IMG/VR virus record: IMGVR_UViG_3300010885_077351 | Reading direction: 5' to 3' (one strand) | Origin: an uncultured virus (IMG/VR IMGVR_UViG_3300010885_077351) | Taxonomy: Duplodnaviria > Heunggongvirae > Uroviricota > Caudoviricetes | DNA: 64,000 nt | Shown: piece by piece, positions 28,464 to 39,096 of the stretch | How the letters are laid out: each line of letters begins with the position of its first letter | Position numbering within the stretch: the first letter of the stretch is position 1 | The notes under the pieces: generated by a model | Databases searched by the model: none | Seen by the model: only the letters and a program-made list of their open reading frames with translations | Told to the model about the DNA's origin: nothing | Translations under genes and position numbers: made by a program

Positions 28464-28925
28464 ATGGAAAATGATGACGAATTAGAGAAAATAGGCGATT
28501 CAATACTAGATCAACTTCAATCATCTCTTACCACCAAGCAGCAGCCTCAAGAAACTGAGTTAACTCCTGAAAACCTTGAAAAATTTGTTTTAGATAAATC
28601 AGCTACACTTGTAACACAATCAATGGATGCTGTAGATAACCTCAAAGATTATATTCAAGCTGGTGCAAGTGATAAAGAAATAATAGCGTTTGCTGAAGTG
28701 GTTAAAGCTTCATCTGCTGCTCTAGAATCTCTCAATAAATTATTACAATCTAAAGAAAAAATTAAGTCATCTAAAGAGCTTAAAGAAATGGATATCAAAG
28801 CTCGTAAAGAAATTAATACAGTAGATAATCAAACTAGATTGTTACTTTCACGTGAAGATCTAATGAAACAACTTATAACGGATAGTGAAAATATTATAGA
28901 TGTTACGCCTATAGATCCTGTTTAG
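28464..28925 (+). CDS. Possible terminase small subunit (gp16-like)
   Basis: 153 aa; two long helices then L.SREDL.K.L and IIDV tail; late box 6 nt upstream. Resemblance by eye only. Confidence 0.4.
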   Translation: MENDDELEKIGDSILDQLQSSLTTKQQPQETELTPENLEKFVLDKSATLVTQSMDAVDNLKDYIQAGASDKEIIAFAEVVKASSAALESLNKLLQSKEKIKSSKELKEMDIKARKEINTVDNQTRLLLSREDLMKQLITDSENIIDVTPIDPV

Positions 28926-30774
28926 TTACTTTAGGTGCGTTAATATCAAACTGCCACGATATTGGTTGATCTTGTCTTGCAGAATTTTTGTTTGATGGTA
29001 CCCACACTCCTAGTTCACGTGCAGCGTTAAGAGACATTTCACCCAACCCATTTTTTGCGGGGCCTCTATCACCAACAAATGCATTGACGGTTTTACCTGT
29101 AACAGTATTTGTAAGTTTTACTCTTGTTCCAAGAGGTACATTACTACCTATAGGCACCACAACATAATTATTTACGTTTGCATTTAACACTCCATCTAGA
29201 TACGATGTACCAGGTTGGTAATCCGGATCATTAAACGGTGGTTTTTGTGTACCATCAGTATCAATCCTCACACTTGAAGGTACATAAGGTGCTGATGGGA
29301 AATATATGTTTGTAGGTACAATTTCTCCATTGCTAGTTACATTAGCTTGTTGAGCTGCAGTACAAGTTTGAGCTGAATTATTAGATTGATCAGATGATAT
29401 TGTACCAGTTACTGCATCAAAAGGTTTTGTGTTTATCTCAACTAAAACTTTAATTCGAGTTATATCATTAGGATTATCCGAGTAACCCACAATTTTAAGA
29501 GGTACGGGGGATTGATTGTATTCAAAACCTGAAATAGTTACATTTTGTTCACTATAACCAACATTTGGATGTGTGATAACACCAACATAACTACTTTTAC
29601 CAGCTATAAAATCTTGGTATGTTGGACTATTTTCTCTAAAACTTGCTTTAGGGCTAATTGTTGGGTCTTTAGAATATGGTACAACGTTTACAGGTGGTAA
29701 TGGTGGTAATAATGGGTTAATAGTTTGTTGTGGATTACCTTGTGGTAAATTTAAATTATCATTAACTACAGATCTAGGTATGTTAGGTGGGGGTCCTGCA
29801 GTACCAGGAGGTTGAGGTATCATTGCATTATTACCAGGTGAAGCTGCAGAGTTTGTATATCCATACGGGTTAGCTCTATACTGGAATGTAAAAACTCTAA
29901 CCCCATCACCAAGAAATTCTGCAATCTCACTTATTCCATCTGTAGAAGCTTCTTGTCTACTTCTTGCTGTTGCAATATCTGGTGTAGCTGATTGACCGTC
30001 GTTTTGTTCTCTATTAGATTTACCAGATTGAAGGCTAGCTGCCTCTTCAGCTAATTCTTTTTCAGTTTTAAATAATTTTAAAAATTTCTTGTATGTGCCA
30101 AGAGTTGCTAAATTTAACATACCATTAACCATTTGCATTGGTTTTGGCATTTTGTTTGCAGTTTCGTACCCTTCATTACCTCTTTGCTGTGTATTATTTG
30201 TATCAGATGCAGATGCAGTAGTGTAGTTCCAGATATTTTGTGTGTTGGTTAATGTACCATATATACCTTGAAAATCAAAGTAATCAGCAGGTGTTAAAAA
30301 ACAATCAGCAGCACCTAATTTCTTTTGTAAAAATGAAACAAAATCGTTATCAATATTAGATCCACCACCTAAATTTTGTTGGAATGGTACACTGGAATTA
30401 CCAGCTGTTTTTGCTTGTTCAAAGTTGGCTTTAATATGCTGTGTTATACCATAACCATATGGACCGTTTTTAAGTCTTTTTACATAATATAAAATGGTTT
30501 TAGGGTCCAATGTTGGTCCATTAGCAATTAATAATTTACCAACTTGATTAGCTGTAGTTTGATCAAATATTTGATTGAAACCTAATGCAAGTGCAAGATC
30601 TTTATTAAGTGTATTATCACTTTCTTTAATTTCTAGTTGATCACCCTTAAGTGTAAATAAATTATCAGGTAAATTGTCGTCAGTGATATCACAAAGATTA
30701 GAATTTTTAACTTGCGATTTTGAATAAAAACGCATTGTTAAAGCCTCAGGTGTAAGATGAAAATAATCTGCCAT
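28909..30774 (-). CDS. Tail/baseplate-associated protein with C-terminal GH75-like (double-psi barrel) hydrolase domain
   Basis: RIDTDG...DPDYQPGTS...LNA...YVVVP...LG..V.LTN..TGKTVNAFVGDRGP...LGEMSLNAARELG; Pro-rich linker; follows the hub gene. Confidence 0.65.
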   Translation of the reverse strand: MADYFHLTPEALTMRFYSKSQVKNSNLCDITDDNLPDNLFTLKGDQLEIKESDNTLNKDLALALGFNQIFDQTTANQVGKLLIANGPTLDPKTILYYVKRLKNGPYGYGITQHIKANFEQAKTAGNSSVPFQQNLGGGSNIDNDFVSFLQKKLGAADCFLTPADYFDFQGIYGTLTNTQNIWNYTTASASDTNNTQQRGNEGYETANKMPKPMQMVNGMLNLATLGTYKKFLKLFKTEKELAEEAASLQSGKSNREQNDGQSATPDIATARSRQEASTDGISEIAEFLGDGVRVFTFQYRANPYGYTNSAASPGNNAMIPQPPGTAGPPPNIPRSVVNDNLNLPQGNPQQTINPLLPPLPPVNVVPYSKDPTISPKASFRENSPTYQDFIAGKSSYVGVITHPNVGYSEQNVTISGFEYNQSPVPLKIVGYSDNPNDITRIKVLVEINTKPFDAVTGTISSDQSNNSAQTCTAAQQANVTSNGEIVPTNIYFPSAPYVPSSVRIDTDGTQKPPFNDPDYQPGTSYLDGVLNANVNNYVVVPIGSNVPLGTRVKLTNTVTGKTVNAFVGDRGPAKNGLGEMSLNAARELGVWVPSNKNSARQDQPISWQFDINAPKVTKQDL

Positions 30775-30782
30775 ATAATAAT

Positions 30783-32183
30783 TTAGATTGCAATGAATGG
30801 TTTAGTGCATAATAATTGGTTCATATATACACCTTTACTATCTATAGTGTGAGCTATTTCTGTTATATACCAATGACCAAGTAGTTTTTTATCAAATTCA
30901 CCACCTTTTGATGATCTATTAATTTCAATAAATGTACCTGGTGTTCTATAAACCTGACCTGGAACAGTTATTGATAATGTCATATTTTCAAATATGAATA
31001 AACTATTAAGTTGTGAACGTGCTATACGTTCTAACTGACCTCTATCATATGGACCCTTTAAAACCCTATAATTTGATGCACCATTACCACCTATCTTAGA
31101 TGTATCGAGAGGTATGTTAGCTTTAACACCATTAGTGTAGTTTAGTTGGAGATTGGTAAGAATATTACTAGTAAATCTTTCTATTTCTTTTTCTATTTCA
31201 ATAAAACCTAGATCACCAGACTGCAATGGGTTAGATGAATTAATAATTTTTATATTCACATAGTTTTCATTACTTCTATTAAACCCTACATCCAAAAAGT
31301 TATAACTATTAATATCATTACCCGCAAAATACATACCATTTGAACGTGAGATGATATCTGACAATTGTGAACCACTACCAACTTGCTCACCTATATTAAA
31401 TCTTTCACTAATGTTAAAGGTTAATAAATCTTCTAGTGGTGATCTTAAGATATATCTATCGGTAATACTATTATGTTGTAAAAACAGCTGGGTATCTAAA
31501 CCTTTTATTTGACCAATACAAAAAGGTAATAAAAATTCAATTGCATCATATGCAGTGAAGTCTACTGGATATACAAATGGTGAAGTAAATGTTTCAGTAC
31601 ATTTTAAAAAAGACTGTTCATCTATTTTATTTTCTGGTATAACCAGTTTTAAAATATCAGCTATATTTTCACTTACAGTTTTTGCGTTATCAACTGCAGG
31701 TATTATTTGAGCTATTTTCTTTTCCTTTAAGGTACACTCAATAAGTTCACCACATTCAATTTCCTGTATACTAAAGTTATTATTAACACCACCAACTGAA
31801 ACAATATTAGTTATAACACCATCGTATGATAACAAAGTAGCTTTTTGAGCCTCAGATAAAGCATTAATATTACTTGGGAACACATTATTCGTGTCTGTTC
31901 TTGCTAAAATCATGTTATAATGATTTCTATTATTACCTTTGAATACAAAATTTGACTGATTTTCAACCCCATTATTAGGTACATTTAGAGTAAAACTCAA
32001 TTTTGTAAACGGTGCAAAAATACTATCAACAATACCTATACCCCCATAAGCAGCAAAATTTATGGATGAAATTCTACCATCAATAGCTGAACCACTAGCA
32101 GGTATTATCTCACTAGAAGCTACAAAGGAACCAAAGTAATAATCTACATTATTAAGGGTAATTATGTTATTTTTTTCAACCAT
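30783..32183 (-). CDS. Baseplate hub protein (gp27-like)
   Basis: C-terminal ITVPG...PGTFIEI...LLGHWYITEIAHTI...YMNQLLCTK pattern; position after the gp53-like gene. Confidence 0.65.
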   Translation of the reverse strand: MVEKNNIITLNNVDYYFGSFVASSEIIPASGSAIDGRISSINFAAYGGIGIVDSIFAPFTKLSFTLNVPNNGVENQSNFVFKGNNRNHYNMILARTDTNNVFPSNINALSEAQKATLLSYDGVITNIVSVGGVNNNFSIQEIECGELIECTLKEKKIAQIIPAVDNAKTVSENIADILKLVIPENKIDEQSFLKCTETFTSPFVYPVDFTAYDAIEFLLPFCIGQIKGLDTQLFLQHNSITDRYILRSPLEDLLTFNISERFNIGEQVGSGSQLSDIISRSNGMYFAGNDINSYNFLDVGFNRSNENYVNIKIINSSNPLQSGDLGFIEIEKEIERFTSNILTNLQLNYTNGVKANIPLDTSKIGGNGASNYRVLKGPYDRGQLERIARSQLNSLFIFENMTLSITVPGQVYRTPGTFIEINRSSKGGEFDKKLLGHWYITEIAHTIDSKGVYMNQLLCTKPFIAI

Positions 32184-32544
32184 TTAGGGAACCTATTAAA
32201 TTGCTTAAAAATTCAGGTTTAAGATAAATTATTTCTTCACCAGCGTTTACAAAAAATCTTGGTTTTGATGTATTAGAATTTAATATGTATATAATATACC
32301 AAAGGCTAGTTGTACCATATAATTTATAAGATGCAAGAGGTAATGGTATAGTGGAATCAAAAGTGGTTGATAATAAATTATTTTTATCAACCTGTCGGGG
32401 TATATTAAGTTTATTGGTTATATTATAATAGTAAAACTCTTTACCATCGTTAACAAATTTATAAACATTAAATAGGTTTTCGTACCTCAAATTTGATATT
32501 TGAGATAATACTGGGATATCGTTGTTTTTGAAAGTTGGTTCCAT
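32176..32544 (-). CDS. Baseplate wedge protein (gp53/LysM-like)
   Basis: LPLASYKLYGTTSLWYIIYILN. Confidence 0.7.
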   Translation of the reverse strand: MEPTFKNNDIPVLSQISNLRYENLFNVYKFVNDGKEFYYYNITNKLNIPRQVDKNNLLSTTFDSTIPLPLASYKLYGTTSLWYIIYILNSNTSKPRFFVNAGEEIIYLKPEFLSNLIGSLNG

Positions 32545-32561
32545 ATTAAATTTTTATGATG

Positions 32562-34124
32562 TTATCTTTGTGATTGTAATATTTGTTGTAATTGACCTGA
32601 AACAATATTATTGGTATTTTGTATTATATTATTTGATATTGTAGGTGGTGCAATTGATTCACCTCTTAATATTCGGTTTAAGTTTTGATTAAGATTACTT
32701 TGAGAATCGAATACTAAATTACTTGGTAAATTTGTGTTCGATGTTGTGGTGGTTGGTGCTATTGGTGCTGTTTTTTCTGGAGGTTTGGGTGTAGTTTGAC
32801 TCAAAATCTCAGCTGAAGTTATTAATGAACTTGATTCAGTTACTTTAATATCAGGGGTAAGCATAAAGTTAGATGATGGTTTTACCATAGATAAAAACTC
32901 TATACTAACTCTATAACAATCAGGTACGATAATATTTTGTTCTTCTTTTGGTAATATATTTGTTGTAATACCTGTTTTGTTAATAAATTTTTTAATTTCT
33001 ACTTGTCGTCTATTTCCTATATAATCAACTTTAATTGACTTCATATGACAATACGGTAAAAATATTTGACCTGGTATTAATAAAGTATAAATTTTTGGAG
33101 GTACTATGTTAACTATATCTTCTCTATATGGTAGATTTTGGAAAGCTAATAAAAAAATTAAATCGTAATTTTTTTGAATATCTTTAAAATCAAATGTATT
33201 TAAGAGATCAAATGTTACTGTATATGAGTCATATTCCCCAGCTGCAAAATATTGTGGTATTTCAACATATGTTGAAGGAGCATTATATGCACCACCACCA
33301 CCCAAACTTCTAGGTATACTTAAAAAGGCTTCACCAACACTTTTAACCATATCAGCACCCGCTTTAAATACGTTTGGTAAATTTTTCAAAGGTTGGGTTT
33401 CAACACCCATAAAACCTGTAAAATTATCAACAAATTTATTATTGATATTATGCATTTTGTTATCAAAATATGGCATAATATACCTAAAACCAGTTGGTTG
33501 GGTCTGATATAACCCACTATATGGTTTTAAGCTTGGACCTAAAAGTTGTTCATCAAATGAACTTTCATTTATATTTGGAGTTATAAAAGGTAATATGTTT
33601 TTTGGATTTAAAGCATCAGCTACACCACCAGCAAGTGCTCCTGCACTTGCAGCTACGCTAGCTACACCAGCTGGTACAACTGCTCCAATTGCATCAGCTG
33701 TCCTAGAATATGTAGATCCGATCCAGCTAGCCAAACCTTCTATATTATCTTTAGCACTTTTAATATTATCTAGTCCAATAGTAGCATCACCAATAACCCT
33801 AGCAGTTTGTTTAATACCACCAACCACTTCATCATATCTTATAATATCACCGAAATATCTAAACTGATTAATTAATGAGTTGGAAACTATCGAATATTCT
33901 TCAATAAAAACAAAAGGTAATTTTTGTTTTAAAATATTATTTAAATCGTTAGCAAAAATTCTATAATCAAAAACATTAACAATTTGAAAATTATTTAATT
34001 TGGGTTTTGCAACGACTCGGCTTGTTACTCTAGTATCACCTCCAAATTTGGCAATACCATCAGTATTTCCTATTGTAAGTTCAAAGATATCAGCGTCGGT
34101 TGCCTGTTTACTATCGTCTGCCAT
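32562..34124 (-). CDS. Baseplate/tail-tube junction protein (gp48-like)
   Basis: YTVTFDLLN, VPPKIY...CHMKSIKVDY...IVPDCYRVSIEF; position after the tape measure. Confidence 0.5.
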   Translation of the reverse strand: MADDSKQATDADIFELTIGNTDGIAKFGGDTRVTSRVVAKPKLNNFQIVNVFDYRIFANDLNNILKQKLPFVFIEEYSIVSNSLINQFRYFGDIIRYDEVVGGIKQTARVIGDATIGLDNIKSAKDNIEGLASWIGSTYSRTADAIGAVVPAGVASVAASAGALAGGVADALNPKNILPFITPNINESSFDEQLLGPSLKPYSGLYQTQPTGFRYIMPYFDNKMHNINNKFVDNFTGFMGVETQPLKNLPNVFKAGADMVKSVGEAFLSIPRSLGGGGAYNAPSTYVEIPQYFAAGEYDSYTVTFDLLNTFDFKDIQKNYDLIFLLAFQNLPYREDIVNIVPPKIYTLLIPGQIFLPYCHMKSIKVDYIGNRRQVEIKKFINKTGITTNILPKEEQNIIVPDCYRVSIEFLSMVKPSSNFMLTPDIKVTESSSLITSAEILSQTTPKPPEKTAPIAPTTTTSNTNLPSNLVFDSQSNLNQNLNRILRGESIAPPTISNNIIQNTNNIVSGQLQQILQSQR

Positions 34125-34155
34125 TAAAATATTTATCCATAACGACTAATAATAC

Positions 34156-36159
34156 TTAACGATAAGCATATGGTGATCCTTTAAATCCATCAAAACCGCT
34201 TATTTTTGGTGAACCAGGTTGTGCACCTTGACTGCTCTGGCCAGGTGATATCATAATATTATTACCACCACCAACCTGCATGCCTTTCATAACATTAATC
34301 ATTTCAACAGATGTTTGGTACATTTTGTAAAGAATTTCATTTGTTGTGGTCATATCTACCTTGAGAGGTGTTTCTGATACAATATTAATGGAGCTTTTAA
34401 CATCAATTTCTCCAAACGAGGTCTTCAATCTATTAACAGAATCTGTTAATGAATCTATGGTTGTTTTAGCAGTTTCAAATGTACTAAATGGATTTACTTT
34501 TGTAAAATTTAGCATATTATTACCCAGCTGCTCTAGTGATGTAGATAAGGCATTTATGTTAGGTACGATACTAGTAAGATTAACTAATGAATTTGAAATA
34601 TTTAGCATATTGTCAGGTATAACCATACCACCAAACATACCTGTACCATCTAAAAATGATTTTATGAAGGTCATAGCGGAATTTACACTTCCAACACCAC
34701 TAATTTTATTAATATTGGTTATAGTGTTTGCTATAATATTAGAAAGGGTTTGAATTTCAAATGCCAAGGCAATATAAGGTGCTATCATTGTAGAAGCTGC
34801 TACACCACCAACTAAATTTTTTATAAACCCACCCACTTTACCCAAAAATCCTTCTCCGGAGAATAAAGATGATGCACTTTCAATAAAATGTTTTATTTTA
34901 TTGAAACCACCTGTTATACCTTCACTATTGATACCAGATAATACTGTAACTGTTGTTTTTATTTTGTTAAGTATACCTGTAACACCATCAACAAATTCTG
35001 ATAATGCAGACATACCTAGATTAGCAGCTAGTATAAATGGTGTGGCTAAACCCATCGCGGTAGCTAGAGTTGTGATACCACCAATAATAACACCAGCTTT
35101 ACCAAGATCATTCCAATTAACACCACCCAAAGATTGAACTGCTGTTGCTAATGGAGGTAGTACTTCACTGAGACCATATGCTAGTGCAAGAATACCAGCA
35201 AACGCTACACCACCAGCTGCTAAAGCTAACCCACCAACACCGGTTACAGCAATTGCACCTAACACCCCGGTGATAACACCTATACCTGTTAATATTGTTG
35301 CAACCTTACCAAGATCACCCCAATTTACACCACTTAGAGATGATAAACCAGTTGCCAATAATGGTAAAATTAAACCTAATCCTAAAGCAAGCACTTCAAT
35401 ACCAGCAAAAGCAGCAGCTCCACTTATAAGTAACTGTCTTGGTATTAAAGATAAAGCAGTAACCATACTAGCAATACCACCTATAATTAATACCACTTTA
35501 CCAATGCTTGCTAACTCAATACTTTCCCAACCTTTAAGTGATTCTCTGAAAAGCATCACAACACCAGCTAATCCAGCTAACTTTAATAACGTAGATGTAA
35601 CTCCAAGTAATGATGTATTGACTAAAAGCTGGGTTTTATTTAAAGCAATAATACCACCGAAGAATATACCAAGTGCAGTAAACATCTTTAATATCGAACC
35701 CATTTCAATATCACCCCATTGCATGGCTATATAGGTGAATGCACCTAGAGCTGGTATAAAAATTAATAAATTCTTAGCTAACCCACCAATATTACCTAAT
35801 AGTGTGTTACCATCAGATCCACCTGAACTTTGTGATTTTACAACGTTATTAAGAGCTTTTATAACTGGCTTAAAGACATCAGTTAGTGTTATACTTAGTT
35901 TAGGTAAAAACCCATCAGCAAAATTACTAGCGTACTTGAGAATCGTATTACGCTTTACAAATTTACCAGTTTCGAAGAAATTACCTAACCGTTTAAGGTT
36001 TGAATCTGGCAATTTTTTATTTTCTTGACCAGGTAATGTGGAACCGTCTGCGGATGGTATAATATTAGATAGTTTACCGTTAGGTACACCCTTAGTACCT
36101 TCAATGGAATTTAAAATCTTATCTAATTTTGTAACTAAAACAATTAATTCTGGTGGCAT
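34156..36159 (-). CDS. Tape measure-like protein
   Basis: 667 aa; A/G/L-rich hydrophobic repeats (GVNWGDLGK / GVNWNDLGK); within the tail module. Confidence 0.7.
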   Translation of the reverse strand: MPPELIVLVTKLDKILNSIEGTKGVPNGKLSNIIPSADGSTLPGQENKKLPDSNLKRLGNFFETGKFVKRNTILKYASNFADGFLPKLSITLTDVFKPVIKALNNVVKSQSSGGSDGNTLLGNIGGLAKNLLIFIPALGAFTYIAMQWGDIEMGSILKMFTALGIFFGGIIALNKTQLLVNTSLLGVTSTLLKLAGLAGVVMLFRESLKGWESIELASIGKVVLIIGGIASMVTALSLIPRQLLISGAAAFAGIEVLALGLGLILPLLATGLSSLSGVNWGDLGKVATILTGIGVITGVLGAIAVTGVGGLALAAGGVAFAGILALAYGLSEVLPPLATAVQSLGGVNWNDLGKAGVIIGGITTLATAMGLATPFILAANLGMSALSEFVDGVTGILNKIKTTVTVLSGINSEGITGGFNKIKHFIESASSLFSGEGFLGKVGGFIKNLVGGVAASTMIAPYIALAFEIQTLSNIIANTITNINKISGVGSVNSAMTFIKSFLDGTGMFGGMVIPDNMLNISNSLVNLTSIVPNINALSTSLEQLGNNMLNFTKVNPFSTFETAKTTIDSLTDSVNRLKTSFGEIDVKSSINIVSETPLKVDMTTTNEILYKMYQTSVEMINVMKGMQVGGGNNIMISPGQSSQGAQPGSPKISGFDGFKGSPYAYR

Positions 36160-36169
36160 CTATTAATAC

Positions 36170-36907
36170 TTATTCTTCAGATGCGAATAACGAATCAATA
36201 GGTAATGTCACACCATCCTCAAAGGTGATTAATTTGTTTTCATACATACGAACTTTAGAAATAAAGTTAAGAATTTTTTGATTAAGTGATACTGGTAGGG
36301 TTTCCACTATTTTAATTTTTTCACTTAGTGGCAATGTATCAAATCTAAGTTCTTCACCATCAAACTTGATGGTATTAATATGTTTTACTATCTCGAGTAC
36401 ATACATTGATGAAATTAATTCTTTTTCATCATCAACTTTATTCTTTTTATTATCAGCAGCGGACTTTTTAATGAAAGCTGTATCTTCTTTTAACGTTGGT
36501 GTTTTAACTTCGACTTTAACTGACTTATAAGATACATCTCCACTATTCAAACTAGGAGAAACCTTGTCTCCCTTAGGTAAAACAGTAATGTCATATCGTT
36601 TACCGTCTATAGTAATGGTGTCACCATGTGAGTTTTTCCGTAATTCAAGTAATACTGCATACCTATCATAAACCATCAGTGATTCAGCATTTTCTTTACA
36701 GTTTTCAAGTGCAATTTCGTTAAATGCAACAAGGAGTTCTGGTAAAGACATAACACCACCAAGTGTTTGTTTGAGTAAATTCTTTTGTTGTTTAACACTG
36801 ATAGGTGAAAACTGCATAATTTTACCAGATGATGGTATAGTTACAGGAATTTTTTCATCACTATTAAGAGATGCAAGTTTATTGATAATATCATTTACAG
36901 ACGACAT
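36170..36907 (-). CDS. Baseplate hub assembly protein (gp26-like)
   Basis: VTIPSSGK.MQFSPISVKQQKNLL, D...VLLELRKNSHG, PTL. Confidence 0.7.
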   Translation of the reverse strand: MSSVNDIINKLASLNSDEKIPVTIPSSGKIMQFSPISVKQQKNLLKQTLGGVMSLPELLVAFNEIALENCKENAESLMVYDRYAVLLELRKNSHGDTITIDGKRYDITVLPKGDKVSPSLNSGDVSYKSVKVEVKTPTLKEDTAFIKKSAADNKKNKVDDEKELISSMYVLEIVKHINTIKFDGEELRFDTLPLSEKIKIVETLPVSLNQKILNFISKVRMYENKLITFEDGVTLPIDSLFASEE

Positions 36908-36922
36908 ATAAATATATAATAA

Positions 36923-37741
36923 TTATTGCTTGTTATTCAACGATTCATTTTGTTTAACCATTTCTTCTTGATAATAATCAAAAATAATCTTTGAATCGTT
37001 AATTGTAAGGTCAAAAAAATCATTAAATGTACCACCCACTTTATTGACGTAATGATACATAAATGCAAGGAAATCGCTAATATCTTGCATATACATCATC
37101 ATAATAAACTGCATAGGGTCGTTAGATAATATTCTCACATTTACTTCTTTTATATCATAATTAGGGTAGCTATCTAACATTATAGCTTCTAACTTTTTTT
37201 CACATAAAAACTGATAGTGGTTGTATATATCATTTGTTATGTTACCTGGTAGCATATCGAGTATTTTATCACGATCCAAATTAGTTAAAGTAGCTAACTC
37301 ACACACATCACCACCCACTTTAATTGATTTAATACAATCAAATACAATAGTTTCATTACCGCTTTGATATAGTGAACTTGGTAACTGCAGTTGTAATGTT
37401 ACATCACCAATATTAATTTCCTTTACATCAATATAGTTAAGGTTTTCTATACGTTCTAACATGGTTTCGATGTAGAAATCCATGTGGTTTACCTTGTCGT
37501 GTGTAATTTTTACCTGTAAAACATCATTTATATAAAAGGATCTAAGAAATAAAAGTAAGTAAAACTTATCCACAATATTTAAAGGTGGTAGTTTATTAAA
37601 AATTATATCATCTAAAAACCTAGATAATCCAGGCATATCTTCCGCAGTGCAGTACTTTATGATAGTAAAAATGTCTCTATTAGTGATTTCACTCACACGT
37701 ACTTCACCGTAATATGGTAGATTCACTACTAACTTAAACAT
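36923..37741 (-). CDS. Second gp26-like protein with gp51-like C-terminus
   Basis: LNIVDKFYLLLFLRS; terminal F..LT..D..I...YY.EE...QN helix. Confidence 0.5.
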   Translation of the reverse strand: MFKLVVNLPYYGEVRVSEITNRDIFTIIKYCTAEDMPGLSRFLDDIIFNKLPPLNIVDKFYLLLFLRSFYINDVLQVKITHDKVNHMDFYIETMLERIENLNYIDVKEINIGDVTLQLQLPSSLYQSGNETIVFDCIKSIKVGGDVCELATLTNLDRDKILDMLPGNITNDIYNHYQFLCEKKLEAIMLDSYPNYDIKEVNVRILSNDPMQFIMMMYMQDISDFLAFMYHYVNKVGGTFNDFFDLTINDSKIIFDYYQEEMVKQNESLNNKQ

Positions 37742-37766
37742 ACAATTATATATGCATAGTATCTAA

Positions 37767-38495
37767 TTAACCAACACTTACATTATACGATCTAAATGTG
37801 AACTGCACATCTCTTACTATGCTTGTACCTGTTGATGGTTCATAAGTTAGCTCTTCACCAGCAACGTTTGTGGGTACCACACCTTCAAACCTGTATGTTT
37901 TACGGGCGCGCCAGTCAGTTGTTCTTACTCTACCTGTAGGTGCAAAATCTAAGTTTGTACCTTTAGTATACAAAGTTACATCCATATTAGCTTTAATATT
38001 GGTACTTTGAATACCATCTTCAATTAACCCTTTACAACCAGCAGCTATATTCCAAGGTCTAAAAAAGAATTCAAATACATCTCTGTTAGTTTCTAAAAAA
38101 GAAACTGTTACAGATTGATATTTATCTTTATTTTCACCATAATATCCACCACGTAAACCACCCATAGCAGGTGTAATCTCGGTATAATCAACATTAAATG
38201 AATCCGAGGGCATTGAAATACTTCGAGCTAAAAATGAAAGATTATTACTATCACCATCACCAGCTAACGTCAAAAAATCCTCGTTGATAGTGGTAAAACG
38301 TTTTCTGGTGCCACCAGCACTTTCGTATAAATCTAACACATTACCTATATTACCAACTAGATTTGTAGGTGTTAGTGGTGGTCGTGGCGTCGCGACAGTT
38401 TGATATATTTTAACTTCCCAGAGACTCTTTAATGGTATAGAGTTGTACCAACTCTTACCTAAATAAGTAAGAAATTGTTGAGTCTTGTTAGGCAT
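37767..38495 (-). CDS. Tail tube-like protein (gp54/gp19 family)
   Basis: ARSISMP, VTVSFLET, FEGVVPT.V...L.Y, DVQFTF. Confidence 0.65.
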   Translation of the reverse strand: MPNKTQQFLTYLGKSWYNSIPLKSLWEVKIYQTVATPRPPLTPTNLVGNIGNVLDLYESAGGTRKRFTTINEDFLTLAGDGDSNNLSFLARSISMPSDSFNVDYTEITPAMGGLRGGYYGENKDKYQSVTVSFLETNRDVFEFFFRPWNIAAGCKGLIEDGIQSTNIKANMDVTLYTKGTNLDFAPTGRVRTTDWRARKTYRFEGVVPTNVAGEELTYEPSTGTSIVRDVQFTFRSYNVSVG

Positions 38496-38508
38496 TTAAA
38501 TAATATTA

Positions 38509-39078
38509 TTATATTACAGCTTGATCTCGGAACTCGTTGGTAGTGTAGTAGTGGTAAGCTAAGGTTACCTTGAGCTCAAGGGTTTCACCTTTACCATCTG
38601 CAATTTTATATTCAATTGCATCTACTTTTCTCATCGAAACACCAACAAGCTTAAAGAATTTACCTGTATCACCTAGATTCTTATTAAGGAGTGTAAGAGT
38701 CATAGATGATTCATTACCTGGTACTTGATATAAACCAGATGAAGTAAGGTCATCGAAAAGGTTTCTTGATGCTATTTCAAATTTAGAACGAAGATCGTTT
38801 TGATTTTGACCTGGGTCATCAAGATAGAATGTTAGTTCATAGCTATCAGATCCATCATAAACAACAGATCCTGGAACGTTGAAGTTTAACCCCATAAAAG
38901 GTACTTCAATATTGTTAATTGTTCTACCTGGTAGAGATGCTGCCTTTACGTATACAAGATCATCTTCAGTGATTGCTGGTAGACCTGCTATAGTCATGTT
39001 AGTTACTCTCAAGAGGAAGTCTCTTGAGAAGTCTCTGTTCTTAGCTGTTTTGTAGAATTGTTGGATGTTTTGAGCCAT
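38509..39078 (-). CDS. gp19: Tail tube protein
   Basis: VKAASLPG.TI..IEVPFMG, LTFY, VTLAYHYY; directly downstream of the sheath. Confidence 0.85.
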   Translation of the reverse strand: MAQNIQQFYKTAKNRDFSRDFLLRVTNMTIAGLPAITEDDLVYVKAASLPGRTINNIEVPFMGLNFNVPGSVVYDGSDSYELTFYLDDPGQNQNDLRSKFEIASRNLFDDLTSSGLYQVPGNESSMTLTLLNKNLGDTGKFFKLVGVSMRKVDAIEYKIADGKGETLELKVTLAYHYYTTNEFRDQAVI

Positions 39079-39096
39079 AATATTATTTAATTGCTA

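Noticed and set aside
33595..36028. Long + strand ORFs opposite the tape-measure region (and similar antisense ORFs elsewhere)
   Set aside because: Shadows of codon-biased real genes, with no promoter box or recognisable motif.
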